Shown here piece by piece: positions 8,816 through 18,241 of a stretch of DNA of 64,000 nucleotides. The DNA comes from Planctomycetia bacterium (lineage in GTDB: Bacteria > Planctomycetota > Phycisphaerae > Phycisphaerales > SM1A02): NCBI GenBank assembly GCA_005790605.1, contig SXUI01000040.1, positions 16,941 to 80,940 of the forward strand, read 5' to 3'. A program made the position numbers and the translations under genes. The stretch's first letter is position 1. Every line of letters begins with the position of its first letter. Under the pieces are notes generated by a model, which saw only the letters and a list, made by a program, of their open reading frames with translations, made no database searches and had not been told where the DNA came from.

Positions 8816-10371
8816 GCAAGGCGAACGCTGAACCCAAGCGCGTCGTTCGATGCGCGATCTACACGCGCAAGTCAAGCGACGACGGCCTCGAACTCGACTT
8901 CAACAGCCTCGATGCGCAGCGCGAGTCAGCGGAGGCGTTCATTGCAAGTCAGCGCGGCGACGGCTGGCAAGTGATCACGACGCGCTACGACGACGGCGGA
9001 TTCTCCGGCGGCACCATGGAGCGCCCCGCGCTCGAAGCGCTTCTTGAAGACATTCGTGCGGGACTCGTCGACTGCGTGGTCGTCTACAAGGTGGATCGGC
9101 TGAGCAGATCCCTTCTTGACTTCACGAAGATCATCGGCACGTTTGACGCGCACCATGTCGCGTTCGTATCGGTGACTCAGCACTTCAACACCACGCACTC
9201 GATGGGCCGATTGACGCTGAACATCCTCCTTTCGTTCGCGCAGTTCGAGCGGGAGATCATCAGTGAACGGACCCGCGACAAGATCGCTGCCTCGCGCAAG
9301 AAGGGCATTTGGGGCGGAGGACGACCAATTCTCGGCTACGACATCGAGCGAAGCCCGGGAGGCAGTCGGCTCCTGGCCAACGAGATCGAGGCAGAGCGTG
9401 TCCGCTCCATCTTCAGCATGTACCTCGAGCTCGGTTCGATGTCGCAAGTATTGCGTCAACTTGATGAACTCGGTTGGCAGAACAAACAGTGGCTCGGCAA
9501 GGACGGTCGCGTCATGGGAGGGCGGACATTCAACAAGTCGCAGCTCTTCTGCCTCCTGACGAACCCCGGCTATATCGGGAAAATCCGCCACAAAGACAAT
9601 CTCTTCGACGGCCTGCATGAAGCGATCGTCCCTGCGGATCTGTTCAGCAAGGTGTCGACTGCCTTACGAGAGAACCGAACCAACGATGGTCGGGGCGCCA
9701 ACAACAGCCGTTGTGCACTGCTGCGCGGACTCGTGCGTTGCAAGGCTTGTGGTTGCGCAATGACGCACCACTTCACCGCCTCGAAGGGGAAGTCGTCGGC
9801 CAAGCGCGAGTACCGCTACTACGTCTGCACTCGCGCGCAGAAGCGCGGTTGGAACTGCTGCCCAGCACCATCCCTTCCCGCCGAAGAACTCGAACACTTT
9901 GTGGTAGCGCAGATCCGCGCTGTGGGAAGCGACAACGCCACGACGGCGGCGGCCGTCCGCGCGGCGCAGGTGCGACTCAAAGCGCGGTCGCAAGAGCTCA
10001 GGGAAGCGAGCGCAGTTGAGGTTGCGAGGATTGCCACTTTCACCGCCGAGGCACGCCAACTCCATGAAGCGGAACCGACGCCCGCGCAAGACGCGGCGCT
10101 TGCGGCGCTTCGCGAAAACATTCGGCTTGCGAAGGCGCGCATGGCGCGGCTTGAAGCACAAGCAACCGCGATCGACGCTCGGCTGCTCGATCGCGACGAA
10201 CTCACGGGCGTGATCGAGGCGTTCGACCCGCTGTGGGAGGCGCTTCGCTTTGAGGAGCGTGAGCGGCTGGTGCGAATTCTCATCAAGTCAATCGAATACG
10301 ACGCCAGTTGCGAGAGCGTGAGCATCTCGTTTCGATCAAGTGATGCGCCAGCGGCGACGGAGGCGGCATGA
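8812..10371 (+). CDS. large serine recombinase (phage integrase type)
   Basis: Resolvase catalytic domain with the 'YTRKSSDD' serine nucleophile motif and 'VVYKVDRLSRS'. Recombinase domain. Zinc ribbon 'CKACGCAMTHH...YRYYVC'. C-terminal coiled coil. Confidence 0.9.
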   Translation: MSKANAEPKRVVRCAIYTRKSSDDGLELDFNSLDAQRESAEAFIASQRGDGWQVITTRYDDGGFSGGTMERPALEALLEDIRAGLVDCVVVYKVDRLSRSLLDFTKIIGTFDAHHVAFVSVTQHFNTTHSMGRLTLNILLSFAQFEREIISERTRDKIAASRKKGIWGGGRPILGYDIERSPGGSRLLANEIEAERVRSIFSMYLELGSMSQVLRQLDELGWQNKQWLGKDGRVMGGRTFNKSQLFCLLTNPGYIGKIRHKDNLFDGLHEAIVPADLFSKVSTALRENRTNDGRGANNSRCALLRGLVRCKACGCAMTHHFTASKGKSSAKREYRYYVCTRAQKRGWNCCPAPSLPAEELEHFVVAQIRAVGSDNATTAAAVRAAQVRLKARSQELREASAVEVARIATFTAEARQLHEAEPTPAQDAALAALRENIRLAKARMARLEAQATAIDARLLDRDELTGVIEAFDPLWEALRFEERERLVRILIKSIEYDASCESVSISFRSSDAPAATEAA

Positions 10372-10775
10372 ACACTTTGACGGTCACCAAGCAGATCCAC
10401 TTCACAACGCACAACCGCGGACGCAAACAAGTCGTCGTTGGTGTACGACCAACACCGATCGACACGCCCGATGGACGCGTGCCGCGACTCATGCGTTTGA
10501 TGGCGCTTGCGTATCGGCTTGACGGGCTGATCGAGTCTGGCGCGATCACCGACCAGGCGCAGGCAGCGATGATGGGCCATGTGACCCGTGCGAGGGTCAC
10601 GCAGATCCTCAGCCTAATGCGCCTCGCGCCCGACATCCGCCTGGCAATCCTGCAACTCCAGAGGACGAAACTGGGTCGGGACCGGATCGCTGAGAGGCAG
10701 GTGCGCGCGCTCACCCTGATCGTCGACTGGGAGGAGCAGCGGAAGGGTTGGATGACGATTTCAAAGCAGCGCTGA
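10368..10775 (+). CDS. small HTH protein (ParB/KorB-like HTH segment)
   Basis: 'GHVTRARVTQILSLMRLAPDIRLAILQL' resembles the ParB-type HTH. Start overlaps the recombinase stop. Confidence 0.4.
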   Translation: MNTLTVTKQIHFTTHNRGRKQVVVGVRPTPIDTPDGRVPRLMRLMALAYRLDGLIESGAITDQAQAAMMGHVTRARVTQILSLMRLAPDIRLAILQLQRTKLGRDRIAERQVRALTLIVDWEEQRKGWMTISKQR

Positions 10776-10933
10776 ACCGCCTAACCACATGCCTCACAGC
10801 TGTTTGTGGATTCATCGGGCACAGCCTCCCGATACCCTGACAAACACCGAACTTTGATATGCTCGGGTTTCCCCTGCAGGGGCGGTTCGTCCACCGCTCC
10901 TCAATCCCCGCACGCTCAAAGAACGGAGCAGTC

Positions 10934-12106
10934 ATGCCGCGAAAGCAGCTGAATCGGATCGCCACACCTGAATCGCTCTCCCAGATCGACCCGCTGTTTC
11001 TCGCCGAACTTCTCCACGGGCACCCCGAGTTTCTTGATCGGCATGGAGTCTCCTGTGTCGCGCCACTCTCCCAACGCGACATCACGCGGCTGAGCGAGAT
11101 CCTCATCGATCCCACGCATAACGCGCCGGCTCCCCTCATCGATGCGTTCCTGCACATCGAGGAGATGGCTGACGATGACGCGATGTTGAAGTTGCTTGAA
11201 GCGCTCGAGAGCCGTGGAATCGACCTTGGACTTCCGCCCAATGCGACCCCCGCCGATGTCGCGACGCGGACTTGGCTTCGATACCCAGAGGTCATCGAGC
11301 GAGCGCATGTCGAGCACCGTGTTTGGAAAGCGCAGTCGTTCGGCATCTTTCTGCGCGCCGAGGGGAAAGCGCTTCCTTCTATCTCTCATCTCGATGATCT
11401 GGTTAGCGCGCTCGAGAACGCGCTGAGGCAGCACCATGCAAAGAGCCGCCGAGGCAGTGCGTGCGAGTTGTTCAAGTTCAACGATGGCGAACTGCTGACC
11501 ATCGCCGTCCGCAGGGGAGGCACCTATCGCCGCGAGAGCTGCATTGCCAACGGCGAGCCGAGCACAATCCAATACCAGCCGATCAAGTACGACTTCATCA
11601 CCATCGACCTCGCCACTTGGGAACTGCGGATGACCCGCGGCAGCAAGCGAGACACTGTCGCCTACCGGCGCGCCGTCGGAGAGAATCTTGCGGGCGACCC
11701 GGATTTCTTCAATCCGAATCAACCGAAGTACGACCTCTCTCGGATCATGCGCGACCGGCGCGGATGCGTGATGTCTACAGACCTGATCGGAATCGCGAGC
11801 GTCGATCTGGTCGAGATCGAAGTCGACTACAACGACGGAATCTCAAGCCGCGATACCAAGAAATCGGCTGACCTCTTCCGCGCGTTCGATACGCAGCACT
11901 TCCAACTTGCGCTGGGAGCAAGGATCACAAAGGCGCGATTCGCGTTCACGTTCGATGACGCACCGAACAAAAAGCGGACTGCCGATGTCTCGATCTGGAA
12001 CCGCCTGCGCTGCACACGCAGCAGCGATTCCGCCCTCGTGAACGAGTTCCTGCTCAAGCGCGGATTCGTGGTGGATGTCGACCATGTCGCCCTGGCAAGC
12101 GCTTGA
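10934..12106 (+). CDS. hypothetical protein (early region, unknown function)
   Basis: 391-aa ORF with a good RBS (AAGAACGGAGCAGTCATG). No recognisable domain. Overlaps the next gene by 32 nt. Confidence 0.4.
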   Translation: MPRKQLNRIATPESLSQIDPLFLAELLHGHPEFLDRHGVSCVAPLSQRDITRLSEILIDPTHNAPAPLIDAFLHIEEMADDDAMLKLLEALESRGIDLGLPPNATPADVATRTWLRYPEVIERAHVEHRVWKAQSFGIFLRAEGKALPSISHLDDLVSALENALRQHHAKSRRGSACELFKFNDGELLTIAVRRGGTYRRESCIANGEPSTIQYQPIKYDFITIDLATWELRMTRGSKRDTVAYRRAVGENLAGDPDFFNPNQPKYDLSRIMRDRRGCVMSTDLIGIASVDLVEIEVDYNDGISSRDTKKSADLFRAFDTQHFQLALGARITKARFAFTFDDAPNKKRTADVSIWNRLRCTRSSDSALVNEFLLKRGFVVDVDHVALASA

Positions 12107-13115
12107 CCAGATTCACGGATGGCGAGCCACCGATAGTGAGTGGCGTCGGGTACTCGCAGACGCGTATCCGGCGATTCAACCACTTCTCGTCACGGAGGAC
12201 GCGTACGCCACAGAGATCCTGATCGAGCCGGAGCGCCGACCGCGAATCATCGTCATGCATTCGAAGTCCGACATCGTCGCGATCAGCCGTGACACCGATG
12301 AGTCCCTGCCGTTGCGTCTTGAGGATGTCGTCCTGCGCGCACTGCGTCCCAAGCGTCTGTGCGACGAGATCTCCAAGCATCTGCGCCTTGGGAAGCCTGA
12401 CGACGACTGGTTGCATGGCGGGTCTGCATGGAGGCTTGGAGAGTTCATCCCATACGAGGGCGAGCGATTCCCAACCTATTTGGTGCCGGGTCACTCCGCG
12501 GCGCTGCGGTGCCAAGCCATCAAGGCGATCGCCGGTTGCATTAAGTCTCCGTTTGTCGTGGTCGTGCTGCACGCGGGCAACGCTTGCGATCAGCTGTGCG
12601 AGGTCGCAACTCGGTGTAAGGCCGGAGTCGTGGTAGTCGAGCACGCCATGCGTCTCCTCGATGGCATGGCTGCAAGGGCTCCGCATGAATCGTTTCGCGA
12701 GCAACTTGACACCTTCGTGCAAGACCACGTCCGGCCGACAGATCACATGGAGGTTGGCCAGCTTCGGTTCCCGACGCCCCCCGGATCAAAGTGGTCGGAG
12801 GTGAAAATGAGATTCCTCGACAATGAAACCGTGACGGTCAGTTGCAAGGGCGTGCAGCGGAAGCTCCGCTACGACCAGCTTGGCTTCACAGACGGACGCA
12901 ACGGCAAGCCCGACACCCAGTGGGCGCTACTCCGCGTATTCGCCAATGACGGCGGCGCGATCACGTGGCGATCAGAAGGGGCGAGGCAGGAAAGGCGCAA
13001 GCAGGTGCAGCGCCTCAACGATCGACTGCGTGAGTTCTTCCTCATCGAGGGGGCGCCGATCGCCCACGACGATGAGATCGGAGGCTGGCGGACGCCGATC
13101 GATCTCCAACAGTGA
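12075..13115 (+). CDS. hypothetical protein (early region, unknown function)
   Basis: 346-aa ORF apparently translationally coupled to the upstream gene. No recognisable domain. Confidence 0.4.
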   Translation: MSTMSPWQALDQIHGWRATDSEWRRVLADAYPAIQPLLVTEDAYATEILIEPERRPRIIVMHSKSDIVAISRDTDESLPLRLEDVVLRALRPKRLCDEISKHLRLGKPDDDWLHGGSAWRLGEFIPYEGERFPTYLVPGHSAALRCQAIKAIAGCIKSPFVVVVLHAGNACDQLCEVATRCKAGVVVVEHAMRLLDGMAARAPHESFREQLDTFVQDHVRPTDHMEVGQLRFPTPPGSKWSEVKMRFLDNETVTVSCKGVQRKLRYDQLGFTDGRNGKPDTQWALLRVFANDGGAITWRSEGARQERRKQVQRLNDRLREFFLIEGAPIAHDDEIGGWRTPIDLQQ

Positions 13116-13355
13116 AGCCAAGCCAGTGACAACTCCGTAGAAACCGACGAACTCGGCAACATTTTCTTGCCATCACAACCGCCTGCGGGACAAGCCATTG
13201 CGCTTCTCCGCGGGCGGTTTGCTTTGGCGTCGGCGGACATGTCGCCAGAGGCGGTTGACAGGTCCGGCCTTACCGCCACCTCGCGCGCCTCGCAGGACAA
13301 CCACGCGCCGGTCCTGTCGCCTCGAGGCGACGCAGCAGCACGACAGAACCGCACC

Positions 13356-13916
13356 ATGAGCCACCCAACTGAATCGAACCATCGACCCACGAACTACCAC
13401 ATCATCGACGACTTCGCCTGCGCGCGAGTCCGCTTCAACGCGAGACGCATTGCCCGATGGCTGAGCCTCAATCAGACTGCGCGCGAGGACCTCGCTCAGA
13501 ACATATTCCTTGCGCTCTGTAAGGCCGCGCCGAGTTTCGATCCCACCGTAGCGAGCAGTCGCACATTCGTCTCCCGCGTCATTCATCAAGCCGCCCTTCA
13601 TGAGTTCCGCACGATGAAGCGGGCAACCGCTTGCGCCGTGCGCAACCCAAGGCTGCTGACCGACTGCACCGAAGAGTCCTTTGAGCTCATCGCGTGCCCC
13701 ACCTCGTTCGGCTACGCGCGCTACGAACTTCGCGCAGATGTTTCCCTGCGAATCCGCGCGCTGCCATCGCGAACCGCGCTGGTGGCAAGGCATCTCATGC
13801 ATTCGACGCAGGCGCAGGCCGCGAGGGCGCTCGGAATCTCGCGTCAAGCGGTCCACGCGCACGTCGCAGCGTTGCGCAACACCAGGCCGTTGTTGCTTCT
13901 TCACGCTGATTTCTGA
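13356..13916 (+). CDS. ECF-type sigma-70 family factor-like protein
   Basis: Region-2-like 'EDLAQNIFLALCKAAPSFDPTVASSRTFVSRVIHQAALHEFR' and region-4 HTH 'TQAQAARALGISRQAVHAHVAALR'. Start is the internal Met of ORF 13167-13916. Confidence 0.5.
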   Translation: MSHPTESNHRPTNYHIIDDFACARVRFNARRIARWLSLNQTAREDLAQNIFLALCKAAPSFDPTVASSRTFVSRVIHQAALHEFRTMKRATACAVRNPRLLTDCTEESFELIACPTSFGYARYELRADVSLRIRALPSRTALVARHLMHSTQAQAARALGISRQAVHAHVAALRNTRPLLLLHADF

Positions 13917-13958
13917 GAGCGACCTGACACGAGCGCGCGAGCGGCAGATGTAGCAAGT

Positions 13959-14885
13959 ATGGGCCCACCAGCAAACCACGGCGACCCACGCATTGTGCCG
14001 CTCGTGCCGCTCGGGCAGCGCGGCTGCCACGCTGAGATCTTTCCAAAGCACACCAACATGAACGACCCTGCCACGAGCGATTCCTTCAACCTCCGCTCGC
14101 TTCTGCGCGAGCCCGTGGACACCTATCACGCCAAAGCGAAGGACCATCTTTCGTCGCACGCGCTTGCGGAGTTTCGGCGTTGCCCGCTGCTCTTTCGTAA
14201 AAAGGAACTCGGGCTCATTCCCTCGAGGGACTCGCATGCGTTCGTCGTTGGTCGTGCTGCGCATGTGCTGATTCTCGAGGGTCGCGAGCGCTACGAAGCT
14301 GAGTTCGCAGTTGGTGGCCCCATCAACACGAAGACCGGTTTGCCATTTGGCTCCGCGACCAAGGCGTTCATGGAGTGGGCCACGCAGCGCGGACGACCAG
14401 TGCTCGCCGACGACGACGCGGCGACGGTTGAAGAGATGGCGGCGAGCGTGACGAGTCACGCCGTCGCGAACGCGCTGCTTGCCGACGGAGTTGCTGAAGG
14501 AGTCGTGCGCGCCAAGTACGCGGGTCACGCCTCTCAGGCTCGCATTGATTGGATCAACCCCGCGGGTGGCGCTGGCATCGTCGACCTCAAGACCTGCGAT
14601 CGCATGGACTCCTTTGAGTTTGACGCGCGCGCCTTCAACTACATCCATCAACTCGCGTTCTATCGCGCTGTGCTTGAAGTGGCGACTGATGTTGCGCTTC
14701 CTGTCCACATCATCGCCGTTGAGAAGCGCGAACCCTTTCGTAGCGGCGTCTGGCACATCGCGCCCGCAGTGCTCGACGCCGCGAAAAGGGAGAACGAAGC
14801 GGCGATGGCGTCACTCTCCGAATGTCGCGCGAGCGGCATCTGGCCCACCGGCTTCGAAGCCATGCGGCAGTTCGACCACAACTGA
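13959..14885 (+). CDS. PD-(D/E)XK nuclease (phage recombination exonuclease / Cas4-like family)
   Basis: 'GIVDLKT' (D-x-K) and 'QLAFYRAV' (QxxxY) RecB-nuclease motifs. Sits beside the Sak4/DUF669 recombination genes. Confidence 0.6.
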   Translation: MGPPANHGDPRIVPLVPLGQRGCHAEIFPKHTNMNDPATSDSFNLRSLLREPVDTYHAKAKDHLSSHALAEFRRCPLLFRKKELGLIPSRDSHAFVVGRAAHVLILEGRERYEAEFAVGGPINTKTGLPFGSATKAFMEWATQRGRPVLADDDAATVEEMAASVTSHAVANALLADGVAEGVVRAKYAGHASQARIDWINPAGGAGIVDLKTCDRMDSFEFDARAFNYIHQLAFYRAVLEVATDVALPVHIIAVEKREPFRSGVWHIAPAVLDAAKRENEAAMASLSECRASGIWPTGFEAMRQFDHN

Positions 14886-14925
14886 CTCGCATTCACCCAT
14901 CCATTCACCACACACAAAGGAACCT

Positions 14926-15699
14926 ATGAAACTGATGAAACACATCACGCGCGGCGTCTCGTCGCCGCCTCGCAGAGTCCTCGTCTACGGCACGCACGGC
15001 ATCGGCAAAACTACTTTCGGCGCGATGTCGCAGCGACCTGTCTTCATTCAAACCGAGGACGGACTCGCCGGCGTCGAAACCGACCGCTTCCCACTCGCCT
15101 CGCGCTTGGGAGAAGTCACCGCTGCGCTCGCGGAGCTGCGTGCAGAGCAACACGACTATCGCACCGTCGTGCTCGACAGCCTCGACTGGCTTGAGCGACT
15201 GATTCACAGTGAGGTCTGTCAGAAGAGAAGCGTCGAAAGCATTGAGGACATCGGCTACGGCAAGGGATATGTGTTTGCGCTGCCCCTGTGGCGCGAGGTG
15301 CTCAACACGCTCGATGCGCTGCGCAACGAGCGTGACATGGAAGTGATTCTCGTCGCGCATGCGCAGATTGAGAAGTTTGCAAATCCAGAAACTGAAACCT
15401 ACGACCGCTACGCGCCACGTCTGCAGAAGCTCGCGAGCGCGCTCGTGCAGGAGTGGTGCGACGAAGTGCTCTTTGCGACCTACCGCGTGCACACACGCAC
15501 AGCAATCGAGGGTTTTGATCGCAAGCGCGTCCAGGCGATCGGCACTGGCGAGCGCGTCCTGCGCACGAGCGAGCGACCAGCGCATGTCGCGAAGAATCGT
15601 CTCGCACTTCCTGACGAGATTGCACTCGATCACCGCGTGTTTGCGGCGTACGCGCGTGGCGAAAACCCGCAAGAGGTCGCGGAAACACAGCAACTCTGA
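14926..15699 (+). CDS. AAA_24 / Sak4-like ATPase (phage ssDNA-annealing/recombination)
   Basis: Walker A 'VLVYGTHGIGKTTFGA'. RBS AAGG 6 nt before the ATG. Sits within the longer ORF 14479-15699, which would otherwise overlap the nuclease gene. Confidence 0.65.
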   Translation: MKLMKHITRGVSSPPRRVLVYGTHGIGKTTFGAMSQRPVFIQTEDGLAGVETDRFPLASRLGEVTAALAELRAEQHDYRTVVLDSLDWLERLIHSEVCQKRSVESIEDIGYGKGYVFALPLWREVLNTLDALRNERDMEVILVAHAQIEKFANPETETYDRYAPRLQKLASALVQEWCDEVLFATYRVHTRTAIEGFDRKRVQAIGTGERVLRTSERPAHVAKNRLALPDEIALDHRVFAAYARGENPQEVAETQQL

Positions 15700-15775
15700 C
15701 ACGCAGCAGTGCCGCGCACACGCACCACTCATTCCCACTCCCTACTCCCACTCCTTACTAAGGACATCCAACCAC

Positions 15776-16228
15776 ATGGCAAGTCTCAACTTCAACGCCC
15801 ACGACATCAAGCCCACCGCTTCACTTGACCCCATCCCTGCCGGCAAGTACCTCGCCGCGATCGTCGAGAGCACCACAAAGCCAACTAAGAACGGCACTGG
15901 CGAATACCTCGAAATCGTGCTCGAAATCCTTGAAGGTCCATACAAGGGACGCCGTCTTTGGGAGCGCCTCACGCTCAAGCACCACAACGATGTGGTGGTG
16001 CGCATCGCGAGCGCAACTCTGTCGGCCATCTGTCATGCCGTTGCGGTGATGACGCTGCGCGACTCGCACGAACTGCATGACATCCCGATGACAATCACGG
16101 TCGCACTTCGCAAACGCGATGACAACGGCGAGATGGTCAATGCGGTGAAGAGTTTCAACAAGCGCGAGCCGACCGCGTCCGCGCCGCGCACACCGTTGTC
16201 TCACGGAGGCGCGCCCTGGAAGCGCTAG
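15776..16228 (+). CDS. DUF669-like phage protein (putative SSB-like, partner of Sak4)
   Basis: 'DIKPTASLDPIPAGKYLAAIVESTTKPTKNGTGEYLEIVLEIL' resembles DUF669. The DUF669-Sak4 pairing is conserved in phages. Confidence 0.5.
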   Translation: MASLNFNAHDIKPTASLDPIPAGKYLAAIVESTTKPTKNGTGEYLEIVLEILEGPYKGRRLWERLTLKHHNDVVVRIASATLSAICHAVAVMTLRDSHELHDIPMTITVALRKRDDNGEMVNAVKSFNKREPTASAPRTPLSHGGAPWKR

Positions 16229-16584
16229 TTCGCACCTTCATTCTGCCCTACCCGCCCTCGGCGAATCACTACTGGCGGCATGTCGGCTGGAGGACGCTCG
16301 TGAGCCGCGAGGGAAGGCGCTACCGCAGAACGGTACGCGACCTCCTCGCAGGCACGACGCAGCTCACTGGACGGCTCGCTGTTGTGGTCACGCTTTTCCC
16401 ACCGGACCAACGAAGGAGAGATCTCGACAACGCGCTCAAAGCATTACTCGACGCAGTTGGTCATGGAGGCGCGTACGGCGATGACTCGCAGATCGACGAG
16501 CTCCGTGTGACGCGCGGCGAAGTGCTCACTGGCGGATCAACACGCATCGAGATTCGGGAGATCAAGTCTGATGAAACTCCGTGA
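16216..16584 (+). CDS. rusA: RusA-family Holliday junction resolvase
   Basis: 'RRRDLDNALKALLDAVG' catalytic block. The conserved N-terminal 'ILPYPPSANHYWRH' lies upstream of the first GTG/ATG (16300), so the real start is non-canonical (CTG at 16216?) or unresolved. Confidence 0.65.
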   Translation: MEALVRTFILPYPPSANHYWRHVGWRTLVSREGRRYRRTVRDLLAGTTQLTGRLAVVVTLFPPDQRRRDLDNALKALLDAVGHGGAYGDDSQIDELRVTRGEVLTGGSTRIEIREIKSDETP

Positions 16585-18241
16585 CTACCAGCAGAGCGCG
16601 ATTGATGCGGTGTACGCGCATCTGCGCGAGCGCGATGACAACCCGCTCATTGTGATTCCCACCGGTGGCGGCAAGACGCCTGTGATTGCGTCGATCTGCA
16701 GCGACGCCGTTGAACAGTGGCAAGGGCGCGTGCTTGTGCTTGCACATGTGAAGGAGCTCCTAGCGCAAACCGTGAGCAAGCTTGACGCCGTGGCTCCCGG
16801 CCTCGGCGTAGGCGTCTACTCGGCGGGACTGGGAAGGCGCGAACTCACGCATGCAGTCACCATCGCTGGAATCCAATCGATCTGGCAACGCGCAGGCGAA
16901 CTTGGTCCAGTGGATCTTGTCATCGTCGATGAAGCGCATCTCATTCCTCCTGATTACGGCGAGGGCATGTACCGAGCGTTTCTCGCGGACGCGAAACTTG
17001 TGAATCCGCTCCTGCGCGTGATCGGCCTGACCGCGACTCCGTTTCGCATGCGCACGGGAATGATCTGCGCACCAGATGGCATCCTCAATCACATCTGCTA
17101 CGAAGTCGGCGTGCGCTCGCTGATTGACCGCGGGTTTCTCGCAGCGCTCAAATCAAAGTCCGGTCGCGTGAAGGTGGACACCAGTCAGCTTGCCCTGCGC
17201 TGCGGCGAGTTCGTCGCAAGCGAAGTCGAAGAGGTCTTTGATACCGACGAGATCGTCGAGCGCGCGTGCGCGGAAATCGCTGACGAGACAAAGACACGCG
17301 CAAGCACGCTCCTCTTCGCTGCGGGCATCGCGCACGGCCGGCACATTGTGTCGGTGCTGCGCGAGCGGCACGGCATCGAATGCGGCTGGGTCGACGGCAA
17401 CACATCGGCCAGTGAGCGAGCCAGCTGCATCGACCGCTTTCGCTCGGGCGAACTTCGATATCTGGCCAATGTGAATGTGCTCACCACTGGTTTCGACGCA
17501 CCGAATGTGGATTGCGTGGCGCTGTTGCGCCCAACGGCATCAGCAGGGCTCTACTACCAGATGGTTGGTCGCGGCTTTCGCGTCGCTCCTGGAAAAGAGG
17601 ATTGCCTCATCCTTGATTTTGGCGGCAATGTGATGCGGCATGGGCCAGTGGATGACCTCCAACTTCGTGCGCGAAGTCTCGGCACTCAAGCTGCACCCAT
17701 GAAGGAGTGCGATTCGTGTCACGCGCTCGTCGCAACTGCAACACGCAAGTGCCCAGAGTGCGGATTCGCATTTCCTGAACCCGAGCGCACACGGCACGAG
17801 GCGAGAGCGACCACCGCAGAAATCATTCGCACGAACGAACTCCCGCAGCACCTCGCAGTGAGCGAAGTGCGCTACTGCGAGCACTTCAAACGCGACGACG
17901 AGTACGCACCGCCTACTCTGCGCGTTGAGTACCGCATCAGCTTCACACGCTGGGTGCGCGAGTGGCTCTGCATTGAGCATCCGCTCGGCAGCTTCCCTCG
18001 CCGCAAAGCTGAAGTGTGGTGGCGCGCGCGATCCAACGCGCCGTGCCCGCAAACCGTGGCTGGGGCGATCGCACTCGCCGAGTCTGGCGCGCTCGCGCAC
18101 TGCAGCGGCATCGTCGTAACACGTCCCGCGGGCGAGCAGTACGACCGCATCGCGTCGCACGAACTCGGCGTGATCCCCGAGTACTCGCACTCCTCTGTCG
18201 GCACGCACTGCACGATTCCCGACGACGAGATTCCTTTCTGA
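16571..18241 (+). CDS. SF2 DEAD/DEAH-box helicase, phage replication type
   Basis: Motif I 'IPTGGGKT', motif II 'VIVDEAHL', motif VI region. C-terminal Zn ribbon 'CDSCHAL...CPECG'. Confidence 0.85.
   Translation: MKLRDYQQSAIDAVYAHLRERDDNPLIVIPTGGGKTPVIASICSDAVEQWQGRVLVLAHVKELLAQTVSKLDAVAPGLGVGVYSAGLGRRELTHAVTIAGIQSIWQRAGELGPVDLVIVDEAHLIPPDYGEGMYRAFLADAKLVNPLLRVIGLTATPFRMRTGMICAPDGILNHICYEVGVRSLIDRGFLAALKSKSGRVKVDTSQLALRCGEFVASEVEEVFDTDEIVERACAEIADETKTRASTLLFAAGIAHGRHIVSVLRERHGIECGWVDGNTSASERASCIDRFRSGELRYLANVNVLTTGFDAPNVDCVALLRPTASAGLYYQMVGRGFRVAPGKEDCLILDFGGNVMRHGPVDDLQLRARSLGTQAAPMKECDSCHALVATATRKCPECGFAFPEPERTRHEARATTAEIIRTNELPQHLAVSEVRYCEHFKRDDEYAPPTLRVEYRISFTRWVREWLCIEHPLGSFPRRKAEVWWRARSNAPCPQTVAGAIALAESGALAHCSGIVVTRPAGEQYDRIASHELGVIPEYSHSSVGTHCTIPDDEIPF

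Noticed and set aside
13173-14756. 527-aa minus-strand ORF
   Set aside because: Antisense to the sigma-like and PD-(D/E)XK nuclease genes. Arg/Ala-rich low-complexity translation typical of a GC artefact.
14479-14925. Upstream extension of the Sak4-like ORF (starting at 14479)
   Set aside because: It would overlap the nuclease gene by >400 nt in another frame. The internal ATG at 14926 has an RBS and precedes the Walker A motif at the usual distance.
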